Assembly: GCA_047495785.1 (NCBI GenBank)
Contig: JBLDXI010000024.1
Coordinates: 1,550,001 to 1,614,000, forward strand
Length of the DNA: 64,000 bases
From: Lepidodermella squamata
Lineage: Eukaryota > Animalia > Gastrotricha
Direction of reading: 5' to 3'
The stretch's first letter is position 1, and every line of letters starts with the position of its first letter. This document shows positions 1 through 11,841 of this stretch, in pieces. A model generated the notes under the pieces. The model did no database searches. It worked only from the letters and a program-made list of their open reading frames with translations, and was not told the DNA's origin. Made by a program: the position numbers and the translations under genes.

Positions 1-498
1 CTTCAAGGAATGCTCGAGGTCACTTTTCGATTTGCCGAGTTCAAATAATGAGTTTATAAACCTTTTCGACTCGTTTTGATTCGCTGGATCCATCAAATTC
101 ATCGACCATTCGTAGCAGTCGAGCCAGAAAACCAGTTGAATATTGCATTGTTGCTCGAAAAATTCGCGTAGTGACGGCCGTCGTAGACACTGCGAAATTA
201 AGGTGGATTTTCCGACCCCGGATGGCCCGGTTAGTAAGAAGATACCGCGACCTGGGTTATTGCACAGCTCTTCGAAACAAATCAGGAGATTTTGCTCGTC
301 ATCCGGCCGCGGGAAGTAATTGCCGTTAATTTGAGGTAAACCAATGCGACTTCAATAAAAAAAATTACAGTAGTACAAATTAGGAAAAAATCAAGAAATT
401 ACTAACCACTCGTTCTCATGAAATGAGGCTTCTTTGCCCATTTTCTCAAAATGAGCCGTTAATTGTCGAACGAGGGTTTTATGCTTAATATCGTCCAT
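1..498 (-). CDS. NB-ARC (Apaf-1/CED-4-like STAND NTPase) protein, 5' part; continues off the left edge
   Basis: Hand translation, not in the ORF track. ATG at 498 (MDDIKHKTLVRQ...ENEC), a GTTAGT..TTGAAG intron at about 407-350, then RIGLPQINGNYFPRPDDEQNLLICFEELCNNPGRGIFLLTGPSGVGKSTLISQCLRRPSLREFFEQQCNIQLVFWLDC open to base 1. Walker A GPSGVGKS, the upstream GLP..F.R and the downstream VFWL match the Apaf-1 NB-ARC start. Confidence 0.8.
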
Positions 499-803
499 AT
501 TATTCCTTAGCTAAAATTAAGGAGTTCTCTCTAATATTTTTTAGCTTAAAAGAAAGTAGCCTTAGCATAAGATGCATTATTTAAGGCCAACGCACTTCGA
601 TTCCCTCCAGTAGTTGCCTGGTAATGTCGATAATAATTACGCATTGTCCTGCGCGTGAGATTATATTGATTATTGACCACCTTAAAATGCAAAGTGTGCA
701 TCTTTCACCCTGGCGTGAATCGACGCTCTAAAATAACACAATTCTAGGGTATCATATTATTATTCAGCCACCTAGCGTTTTGCCTATAACACAAAATGTC
801 GAT

Positions 804-2052
804 ATGGGAAGGCTCGCTCAGGCAAAAATTCTTCTGGTTCTCATAGGGTTACTAATTGTAATAGACATTTTCACTCGTTCTCCAAATGATGAGCCTGAGA
901 CTAAATTCATCATTCAGCCTTTATCATCTCCCACTCCGGCGATTAGCCCAGAGCCCGAAACTGAAACGTCGACTTATAGACCGGTCACCACTTCGAAGAT
1001 AGTCACAGCTAAAGGTCGCCTTGGCTTTGAATTGGACCTGCAATCAGGGTGTTCTAACGAGCCAGGGTGTGACTTGGAGTCCGTTTTCGAGAACAGGAGG
1101 CTACAGTTGAGATTAGGATGCCAAAAACATTTCCTATACACCCCAGGAAATACGCCGCAAAATTTGGATGAATTAGTCAACTTATTAGACATCCAATATA
1201 CTGCACTGGAAAATTTTATGGTGGACGACCAACATCGGTTGATTTTCTGCAAAGTACCTAAAGTCGCATCCACGACGTGGTTGAAGGTCCTGGCAATTTT
1301 ACGCGGCGGACCTTCGTTCAACTTCACCAAAGTCGAGCAGATAGACGACGAGTTCCTATACAATTCGCGGCAATGGTCTAATATGAGCGCGGTTCGAGTT
1401 CTGTCAAGCTACTCAAAATCTGAGAGATCGATGCGGCTGAGGAATTACAGAAAGGTGATGTGGGTCAGACACCCTGTACTACGGCTATTTTCAGCTTGGC
1501 AGTCGAAACTCACTGATGAGAAAAACGTTTACTGGAATGTGAGTCTTTTGAATTCACATTATCCACCTTAATAATTTCCATTTTTAGATGGTTGGTCGGC
1601 ATATTCTGGAAAAATATGGGAGAAAAGGCGAACCTCGAGGTAAACCTGGGGTGACTCTTGAAGAGTTTTTTCGATATATGGCAGGTTTGCCGAAATACAC
1701 GCGAATATTCGACGTTCATTGTAAGAATTTTAAACAAAGAAATTGGCTTTTAACAATGCAATTTCGCTTTTCAGGGGATCCTTACCACCTTCATTGCTGG
1801 CCTTGTTTCTTCAACCCAGAGTACATTGGTCATTTTGAATCGATGAAGCCGGAAGCTGATTATGTGATAAGAAAAATTTACGGTCCGAACACCGAGTTCG
1901 AATTTCCGAGCGGTCAATCAGCGATGAAGAAGCGAAATGATGCGCTGGTCGAAATTTCGAAGTTACCGAAAGATATACTCCAGTTAGCCCTTAACAAGTA
2001 CGAACAGGATCTGGAGTTATTCGGTTATATATTGGACTCTAAATGGGTTTGA
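804..2052 (+). CDS. Golgi carbohydrate sulfotransferase (Sulfotransfer_2, CHST8-14/HNK-1ST family), type II membrane protein
   Basis: Exons 804-1538, 1588-1720 and 1775-2052. N-terminal TM, 5'-PSB motif FCKVPKVASTTW and 3'-PB motif VRHPVLRLFSAW. Removing the in-frame 54-nt intron 1721-1774 restores the conserved DVHWDPYHLHCWPC motif. Confidence 0.9.
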
Positions 2053-2062
2053 TCGGCCGTAG

Positions 2063-3326
2063 ATGTTTCTATCGGAACAATGTCTCTATTACGCGGAACA
2101 AAATATCTTCCACCGTCGGAATCTATCGGAATAATAAAAATATCTCTTTTCATGCGAAATTACTTATTTTCCACTCTCAATATCTTTTTCGTCGAAAAAT
2201 GTCTTTTCGATGACAGAAAAATCAACCACGCCTCTAGCCATCATGAACAGGGGCCGAGCTTCCACTGCCTAACGGGAAACTCAGCTTCGGGTCACACGAC
2301 CATTAGGAACAATATGTAGGACCTCTACCGCGATTTTGTTATGGGTTACAAGTAATACAAGCGCTTCGCATGCTTGTATTACTTGCAACCCATAACTACC
2401 TCCTCAAATAGAGCTGCCGATTTTTGCCGAACTCAGTATACTCAACAGGGCCAGTTGCCCTGCCTGTTCGATCTCTCATACTCCATAGCTCCAACCGGTT
2501 TTCGGCGACGAACGGGCTTAGGACATCGTTTTAACTTATAACAGTTAGAGGGACAGATTGATGCCACGGATCAATAGCGACAAATCATAGCTCGTGGGCC
2601 AAAGCCAACGCATGGCAACAGGGCTTTTTCTTCGCTCTGTAGGAAAATGTCTTCATAACGGCGGAATGGGTCACCTCAGCCTTCCAAGTCGCCAGCCTTG
2701 CAACCACAAAGTCGCGAACTTTCCATCAAAGCTGCTGAATATCCTCTGAAAATGTCTTTTAAGCGACGGTAAGTGGCATAATTGAAACTAAGATCCCACA
2801 TTTACCTTACCCCTTATCCACATTTCACGCGCAAAAGGCGATAAATTAAAAAAAACACGAACTATCGCTAGTTAATTTGATGTTTGAAGGTTCTCCATCG
2901 ATGACTAGGAAAAACAGGTTGACAGGTCAAGAACATTTTGTGAAGAAATTTATGAGCAATAGAAGATTTGAAGCTCGGGTCGTATAAGCGACTTATCAGC
3001 CATGTGGTATGCGAAAAGGGCGATTTTAACATCAAAAGATCCCCATGTTTAAATATAATTTAGCAAATTAAATTAAACTGAGAACTGAGTGCACTGTGGT
3101 ATTTCAAAATATCTGGAAATTTGGTTACTATGGCTAAATTAGCCAGGATTGACTAGGCCGGCTGCCGCCATTGCTGTAGCGTGACTTTCCTATTTTATTG
3201 CTTCATTGTTCCGACGGAAAAGAGATACTTTCCGATAAATTCCGCAATTTTCCGCATTAAAACGTCTTTCGGATAATTGTCGATATTTTGTTCCGTGAAC
3301 GAGAGACATTATTCCGATAGAAAGAT
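2063..3326. mobile_element. Candidate degenerate terminal-inverted-repeat DNA transposon relic
   Basis: 2063-2107 matches the reverse complement of 3282-3326 at 39/45 nt, with further inverted similarity between about 2117-2150 and 3215-3245. No intact internal ORF. Confidence 0.45.
2338..2396. repeat. Near-perfect hairpin (25-bp arms, 9-nt loop)
   Basis: GTTATGGGTTACAAGTAATACAAGC (2338-2362) pairs with GCTTGTATTACTTGCAACCCATAAC (2372-2396) with one mismatch. Confidence 0.9.
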
Positions 3327-3847
3327 ATTACCTCGTTTGATCTTGAGGTGAAAATTGTCTTTTTGCTGATTTTTCTTCCAAATAAAGGCGTGGTGAAATC
3401 GGGGTGAGTGTCTCCCTTAAAATAATAGTGCAACAACAATGTGCAAGAAATTGCCAAAATAAAAGCCTAAAAATGTACTCATGGTTTAACGACTCCATGT
3501 TTTATTTTCAAATAGAAAAACTGAAACATAAAATTCAAAAAAATGTAATTCGAAAAGTTTAACATTCAAAATTTAAATTCAAAGAAATAAAATTGCTGAC
3601 TAATTGTCTAACTTTGTGCAGGTAAAATTCAGGTAAAATCGCCAAAATTTACCAACCGATCAAAAATCTCCATCTTCGTCAAAAAATATCAACATTTGAA
3701 TTTCGAAAGTTTTCCAGCGTTTCGGTATAACCACTCAAACTTTATTGTAACAAAAAAATCAAAGATGGCATTTTTATCCAGAAATTATTTGTTTAATGAA
3801 CAGTCAAAAAGCAAGTTAATAAAAAAGTTGGAAGTCCGTGATCATAT

Positions 3848-4816
3848 TCACGAGTCTTCCTCGACATCGCTGTTATCTTCATCGTCATCAACTTTGCCGC
3901 ATTTCAGAATGCTATCCAACGATCGTTGGTAGAGGCGAAGCGATGGCAAAGCATTCTTCGAACAACCTTGATACTTTTTCGCCTCGGCGACAAAACATTT
4001 CGAGACAGTGCAGATCTTATCGCGACGCCGGCGTGAAACTTTCGGAAATTTACACTGCTTAGGCCTCCAATTCGTAAGATCATCCTCATCATTCTCAACG
4101 TCATCTTCATCATCGCTGTTACTGTCATCCGTCATTAGATCAGGATCCATTTCGACTGGCCGGATGAGCTGAGTCAAGTCGTCGCTGGTAATTTCATCGC
4201 TTAGATCGGCATCAGTGATTTCATCGATTTTAGCCTTGCAGCTCTTAGCAATGCTGTGAAGATCGCAGCGATCGCATAGAACAGCAGTCGCCATTTGCGT
4301 CGAAGCTTTCCTAACCTCGGCTATAGTTAAATTCATCACCTCAGCTCCACATTTCACGCTGGCTGCTTTGCAATCAAGCAGGCAGTTATCACAACGTTGA
4401 ACCTCGGAGTCACAACGAGATTTGGCTGGGTCGATTTCTTCACCCTTATGGTGGCATTTCCCGGCGAGGACGCACTGCTTCCAACATCTGGCTCGTTGCC
4501 AATGTTCGATGTCATTCTCTTCAACGGGTCCCAGTTCGCCGAGAAACGCAAGTCGCTCGTCGTCGTCGGCATAAGCTGGATCCGGGGTAGTTGCTTCGAC
4601 GAGAACTTGATGATCTTCACCGTCAGATTTCGAGTTCCTGAATCGGTTTAATAGAATCGGAAGAAATTTCCCTAAAGCTTCCTCGGCGTCTTGAATAAAG
4701 ACATCCTGCGCGCCTGCGCCGACGTAAATCAGCCTATAAAAAAATTTAATAAATTTTCTGGAATTTTCTAGGCATTTTCAAGCTTACGATACAGCTAAGA
4801 TTTTGCTCCACAACAT
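3848..4816 (-). CDS. Secreted acidic 16-cysteine protein, paralogue A1 (family not recognised)
   Basis: Exons 4816-4788 and 4733-3848. Signal peptide MLWSKILAVSLIYVGAGA, acidic pro-region, 11-Cys domain (RCWKQCV...CDNCLLDCK...CDRCD), Asp/Glu linker, 5-Cys domain, acidic tail. Clearly paralogous to 10691-11841. Confidence 0.85.
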
Positions 4817-5094
4817 TTTACCTAATGACGGAATAACCAACTAAAGGTGTTGAGCTGTATTTCTGCGGCGTGGGAGTAGTAAAAGCCGCCTGTTGTAAGC
4901 CGATCTAGGCGCTTTTTTTCATCCAAATCTAAAATAAATAAACACTTGTGAAGCAAAAAATAGTTGTTTGCGTTCACGTGCTGGGAAAAGCAGGCGGCCT
5001 TTGTTTTGTTAAGATTTTTTTATTTGATCAAATAAAACCGGGTTAATCATAGAAAATCAAAGAAAAAAATCAAGCTAAATTTTTTCTAAATTAT

Positions 5095-7936
5095 TTAAAT
5101 GGTTAATTTTTCAAGGAATCGCAGTAGATCCTCATTTGTAATGAAACGAGGCACTTTGTACTGATTTATGACATTGCCGTTGCGTTCCAGGCAGAAGTCG
5201 CGGAACTTGATGAAGCCGCCCTTTTTAATCGTAAATACCTGTTAATAAATTAAAATTGTAAAAATTATTTTAAAATTTAAAATGAATATCTAACCTGAGG
5301 AGGAGCAACAGCTTGCCGAACTCGGTAGACATTGTAGATGGCATTTTTCTCGCAGACTTCTTTGTCAATGATATCGGCCACTTCTTGGGAAAGCTTCTCG
5401 TCATTTCCGCCGGTTGATTCGATGAAAATCACGTACCACATGTCGATACTACCCGCTAAATTTTCGAAAATTTCAGACTCATTATAGATCGAACAAAAAT
5501 AAACCTACGTTTCTTGTCCTTGATTGGAAAATATTTGGTCCAGACACTGCTAACAGTTGTGGTGAACTCGTGAAGCTGCCCAGCTCCTTTAACGCTTGAA
5601 ACAGCTTTTTTAATCGCGTTCAACATTAAATCTTCCCCAACTTTCTCGCCGACCAGGTCGAGAAGACTGCCCTGCCGCCCGCAGTACCTAATAACTGGCG
5701 TCAATCCGTGCCTCATTTGAACAATTTCGACCAAGTCTCCGATGCGATAACGGTAGAAACCAACCGCTGTCGTGATGACTAGCTCATACCTCTTCCCGAT
5801 TTGAACCTCCTCCATCAGGTAAGTCTTTGGTTGTTGTTCAGCACAGTCGCTCTCTTCGATAAACTCGTAAACGGCTGAGGTTGGTACCATAGTGAAGTAA
5901 GGCTCTTCCTTGCCGTAAGGAATGCAAAGCCCACCGAAATTAATGCCGAAAAAGCCTTCACTAGCGCCGTAAGATGGCGTGAAAATTCTGATGTTAGGCC
6001 CGCAGTAGTACTGAATTCGGTCCCGTTGAAGTTGATGGCAGCCAGAAATTGCGACATTGATAGCGCCTTGAAACAAAGTATCCCTTAAAACTAGCTATTG
6101 GTAAGTAATTTTACTCACTTAATCGAGGCCATAATCGCTCAAAAACTCCTTCGACGGAACTGGAGAAAGCTCGTTCGATCTCATCAGCCCGTTCGGGGTC
6201 TGCCTGAAACAATCCTTGAGCCATAATTTTGTCTTTAATCTCTTGAGGAATCGTTTCAGGGCCGGTGATAACGCCGCGTCTAATGTCGTCCGCCATTGAT
6301 TTCCAGTTGTTTTCAAGGACTAGAATGCCGCCGAGAACACTGCCGGGGAAAACGCCTTCAATTCTGAACAGTTCCCAATCGGCCACAGCGAATAGCCAAC
6401 GCATGTAAAACTGTGCCATATCGTCGTAGTGCTGATTCTCAACCTCAGGCGGATAGACGCGGCTAAGGTGGTACGCGTCGGTTTTCAACGATTTCGGGGG
6501 GACTGTGATGATGCTGACTGAGTGGCCGGCCTCGGTGAATTTCGCTCGAGTTTGAAGAACGATTGACATGGATTTCAGCGGTGCGAGCCAGTGCTCCTTT
6601 TTGAAGTGGTAGGCCTCGGCATAGATCGAGAAGAAAAACTTGAGGAGGCTGTTGTAGTAGTAATTGGTCGCAGGCAGGAGCTTGGGTTTTCCTTAATAAA
6701 ATGCATAGAAAAATTAATTAAAATACGAAAATAAATAAAAAAGAGTAGATAAATTAATTCTCCTATTAATTTAAAAATTAATTATTTAATTTAATTAACT
6801 AAAATCGTATGGTTCCATACAGCTTGTCCCATAAGTAACGCAAGCAAAGAAAATACACGGAAAAAGGCTCAGAAACTCTAAAATGAGAGACGAAGTCACA
6901 TCTCATGCCCAGAAAAGTTTAGAAAAATTAATAAAATCGCGAGAATAATAACCAAGTACATATGTCACTTGTTAATGGGATTAAAAAAGTCCGGAGAAGT
7001 TTGGTCCAACCGGGTAAATACCAACAATTACCGAACCAGTAACCATCCGGGTTTTCCGGGTTTTCCGGGTTTTCTCCGGTAACTTTTGTTATTACTTCGG
7101 TTAAATCGCAGATAAAAGATGGAATATTCTCTCCATAGGTTTAATTTGTTTTAGTTGAATGTCCCACAAAAAGCTGCAAAATTAAAAAGTTGCGCAACTT
7201 CTGGGACAGTACAGAGAATCCCAAGTACTTAACTTTCAGATTCTTAAGGAATTTCTAGGAGATTGTGAGGAAGTGAAACTCGATATTGGCAAAATTTAGT
7301 GCCGTAGCCCTACTTAAAGGATTCCTACTAATTCTATGTTCTATAATAACCAGTTTTATTATTCATTTCCATTTTCATTGTGGAACTATCAAATATTTTC
7401 TTACCTGTAGTTCCGGTTGAGGTATTGAAGTGGAAGACTTCGTCCGATGTGAGAAGGTTCTGTTCCCCCGTAGTACTAATTCTGTCGATATAAGGCCGGT
7501 AGGTCTCGTAGTCCGTCACTGGATGGTTCTTCTGAAAGTCCCTCCTCGATTTTATTTTGCTAAAATTATGCTCCCTGCCATACTCAGTGTTCGCATTTCT
7601 CTGCAGCAATTCTTGAAGCAGTTTTTCCTGATAAGGCGCCGGATTTTCCAGCGACGACTTCATCTTCTTCAGCGTCAAGCTTCCAGCAATGTGAAGACCT
7701 GCGTTGACCAGCGCGTGTTTGATGACGCGAAATACTGACCGGTGAAGTCGCGAGACTGGGCAGAAGGCTAACCGAGCTAGAACTAGGGCGAGGCATAACA
7801 GAGGCAGCTCGATGAGAAACGCCAAAATCTTGAATGCGAAACCACGACCGATAGTTGCTCGCCACAAAAAATCGCCGCCGATAAGAATCGAAACAGCGAT
7901 TAAAATTAGTTGAAGTGTAAATCTATTTGTTTCCAT
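5095..7936 (-). CDS. GH3-family acyl-acid amido synthetase (GHDC-like), copy a, with N-terminal hydrophobic helices
   Basis: Exons 7936-7405, 6691-6119, 6066-5509, 5455-5295 and 5238-5095. GH3 motifs LLQRNANTEYG, TSTGTTGKPKLLP, YGASEG, GFYRYRIGD and QYKVPR. Confidence 0.9.
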
Positions 7937-8165
7937 GGTTTTTTCTTTTAATATTCAAGTGTCTGGAATCAGCCTAAAGAAAGATATGGAGGAGGGGCTT
8001 ATCATTTGTTTCCCCGGTGTGTACGACTTATCAGAACGCAGCCTTAATCACAACCAGGGTGAGAAAGTTCGAACATTGAGATGTCTGGATTGTATAATAG
8101 TAGATAAAAACGTGATAAGCTAAGAGTCATTTTTATTTATTCGCTAAATCAACAAATATGTTTTT

Positions 8166-10333
8166 TTAAATTGTCCATTGGCTCAGAAATGTCAGGTGAT
8201 CTTCGCTGGTCAAAAATCGAGGCACCTTGTACTGGTTAACAACATTGTCATTTCGTTTAAGGCAGAACTCGCGAAAAGCTAGGAATCCACCTTTTTTGAT
8301 TGTGAAGACCTGAAAACATTTTGTTTGAATTATATTAATGGGACAGCTTTTCATTAGGAACTCACCTGGGGCCGGGCGACAGCTTGCCGAACTCGATAAA
8401 CGTTGTAGATGGCATTTTTCTCGCAAACTTCTTTATCGATAATGTCTGCTACCTCTTCCGGGAATTTCTCGTCCCCACCGGTAGATTCGATGAATATCAC
8501 GTACAACATATCAATACTTCCCGCTAAAATTTCAGGAATTTCAGACTTGATAGATCGAACAAGATTGAACTTACGTTTCTTGTCCTTGATTGGGAAATAT
8601 TTGGTCCAAACACTGCTAACAGTTGTGGTGAATTCGTAAAGTTGCCCAGCTCCTTTAACGCTTGAAACAGCTTTTTTAATCGCGTTCAACATTAAATCTT
8701 CCCCAACTTTCTCGCCGACCAGGTCGAGAAGACTGCCCTGCCGCCCGCAATATCTCATAACCGGCGTCTTGCCATGCAACATATCGACAATTTCCAAAAC
8801 ATCGCCGATTCGATAGCGATAGAAGCCAACCGGCGTGGTCATGACAAGTTCATATCGCTTGCCAATCTCCACCTCCTCCATGAGGCGAGTCTTAGGCTGG
8901 GCTTCTGTGCAATCTTTCTCTTCGATGAATTCGTAGACGCCGGTTAGTGGTATTAACGTGAAATAGGGTTCCTCTGTTCCGTATGGGACGCACAGTCCAC
9001 CGAAATTATACGCATAGAAACCCTCGCTAGCTCCGATAAGTTGGGTTGAGATTTTAATGTTCGGTCCACAATAGTGTTGGATGCGATCCCTTTGAAGCTG
9101 GTGACAGCCCGAGATAGCAACAACGATGTATTCTACAGAAAACGTGTTAACAGCAATGATGCAACAGTTTCATTTTCATACCCATTCTTGGCCAGAGTCG
9201 GTGAAGAACTCCCTCGGTTCCCTTCGAAAAAGCCTCCACGATCTGGTCAGCCCGTTCGGGGTCAGCCTGCAAAATGCCTTGAGACATGATTTTGTCCTTA
9301 AGCTCTTGCGGTATAGTATCAGGCCCTGTGATCACTCCATTCCTTACGTCGTTCGCAAGTTGCTGCCAGTTGTTTTCGAGGACTAAAATACCGCCCAAAA
9401 CACTACCGGGAAATACGCCTTCGATCCTGTACATATCCCGGTCCGCAACACTGAATAGCCATCGCATGTAAAACTGAGCCGAATCCTCGTAGTGATCCGC
9501 TTCAACTTCCATGGGGTAGGTTCTAACCAACTGTAAAAGTTTGCGTCTCATGCTTTTCGGGGGCACTGAGATGATACTGATCGGATGTCCAGCTTCAGTG
9601 AACTTGTCTTTAGTCTGCAAAACGATGCCCATTGTTTTGAGCGGCGAAAGCCAATGCCCCTTTCTGTAATTCATCGATTCAGCAACCGTTGCAGTTACAA
9701 GTCCGAGGAATTTTTTATAGAAATAACCAGTCGCTGGCAACAATTTAGGCTTCCCTGTAAAATACGAATTGGATTATTGAAGCTAAAATCAAATGAATGA
9801 CCTGTAGTTCCCGTTGAAGTGTTAAATTGGATGATCGGATCTGATGTCAGCAAATTGTGGTCGCCTGTTTTGGCGATTCTATCAATGTAAGGTCGATATG
9901 TTTCATAATCGGTTAAAGGATGCTTCTCCAGGAATTCCCGACGTGATTTGATGCTACTGAGGCCATGCTTCTTGCCATATTCGGTATTAGCATTCCGTTG
10001 AAGCAACTCTTGCAGTAATTTTTCTTGGTGCGGGCCAGGATTTTTGAATACTCCATGAAGCTTTCGAAGTGAATATTTACCAGCCACATGAACGGCTAAG
10101 TGAAGAAACGCGTGACCTATGACTTCGAGAAGGGACCTGTGAAGACGCGATACCGGACAAAACGCCAATCGGCCTAATAACAGGGCGGAACCCAATAACG
10201 GAAGCTCGATGATCGCTGCTACAATTTTGAACGCAAAGTGATGACCACTGGTTAACCGCCATAATGCTTCGGCCCCGAAGAGGAGCGAAACAGCGAGTAA
10301 AATTAGCTGAAAGGAAAATCTGTTCGTCTCCAT
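8166..10333 (-). CDS. GH3-family acyl-acid amido synthetase (GHDC-like), copy b
   Basis: Exons 10333-9802, 9754-9182, 9132-8575, 8523-8366 and 8309-8166. Same intron positions and motifs as copy a, except motif II reads IGASEG. Confidence 0.9.
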
Positions 10334-10690
10334 GACAAAAAATGTAGAGGGTGTGTGTGTTTGTTTCACCGGCAGTCTGAGAAGGGCAATGATAAGACGA
10401 TTATAACCCAAGTAAACAACCAAGGCGTCATATTGTGTGGTTTTCATTCGCTATCAGAGACTGATAAAACCTGCGCTTCGAGTTGGAATAGGGCTACGGA
10501 CTGGTTTATGCCATTTATTTTACACCTAATGACCTGACAGCTAAAACTGAAGAAAAAATTGTTGAGGGCCGGACTCAAAAGTAGAAAGGGAAATTTGTTT
10601 TTGTTTATATCAGCAAACCGATCTAGGCAGCTGTGTTAAAGAATCAGGTTCCTTAAAAAAGAAGTCTTAGGGCAGGAGTGTTGATACTTT

Positions 10691-11841
10691 CTATTCATCA
10701 TCAACAGACGAGTCGTCCATCCAGTCATCGTGATCGTCGCCTCCAATCATCGGAGCATCTACGGTTTTCTTGCACTTGAAAATGCCATCGAGTGCCTTCT
10801 GGTACAGCTCGAAAACCGGGGCAGCATTCTTAGCGCAGTTCTTAGCCTTCTTCGCCTCGGCAGCAATGCATTGAGAAACAGAGCAGATGGTTTGACGCTT
10901 CTTAGCCGGAATCTTGTTGACCGGAATTTCGCACTTGCGTGGGCGCCAGTTTCCCTCGAGATCTTCCGTAACGTTGTACATCCTGTCGTCGATAATGAGT
11001 TCAGAAGATTCGTCATCATCTTCGTCATCATCCATCAGGGCACGGAAGAATTCGGCCTTCTCGTCATCCGAACCGTAGGACAGTAGCATCATCTCCTCAG
11101 CTTCGTCAAGTTCATCCCTTTCTTCGTCGCTGAGGTTGAAGGTGAAGATGTTGGTGATATCATCATCGTCATCCTCAACTTCCCAGCTGTCGAATCGTTT
11201 CGGCTTGCACTTTTGCATGATGCTGCGGATGTCGCACTTGTCGCAAACAGCGGCTACAGCCATCTGTTCCGAGGCATGGCGAACCTGCTCAACGGTCAGT
11301 TTCATAGCATCAGCACCGCATTTCACGTAACGGGCCTTGCAGTCCAAGAGGCAGCTGTCGCATCGATGAACTTTAGCTCTGAAGCAAAATCCTTCTTTAG
11401 AAAGAGTTTTTATTGTGAAAATTTGACTTACGGGCAACCTGCGCTGCCGTTGTTAGCGACGACCATCTCTTCCTCGAAGTCTTTCTTGTGGTGCTTGCAT
11501 TGATCTGCGGCAACGCATTGCTTCCAGCAGTACCTGTGACGCCTCCAACGATTCTCGACGTCATCTTCGTCCTCCGGGTCGTCAAGGTCCATCATTCCGA
11601 AACTGGACTCAGCAGCATCCTCATCTTCGTTTTCAAATTCTTCGGAGCCATCGTCAACAAAATCTTCATCATTGTCGTTTTCAGACGAAATGCTGATTCC
11701 GGTGATTGGGCTAGGATTCACTGGTCTTTGAGCGAATGCGGTCCCGATGAAAGCTCTATCGAATTCAAAACGAATTATAAGGTTTGTACGTTGAACATCA
11801 ACTTACGCCAAAAGAAGACAGATCAGTGATGCGAATTTCAT
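10691..11841 (-). CDS. Secreted acidic 16-cysteine protein, paralogue A2
   Basis: Exons 11841-11807, 11755-11432 and 11378-10691. Signal MKFASLICLLLAAFIGTAFA. All 16 Cys align with A1, and the phase-2 intron inside the signal peptide is shared. Confidence 0.85.

Noticed and set aside
5095-10333. GH3 genes as plant or bacterial horizontal transfer or auxin metabolism
   Set aside because: Animals have native GH3-domain (GHDC) genes, and these copies have host-type introns. HGT cannot be claimed without a phylogeny.
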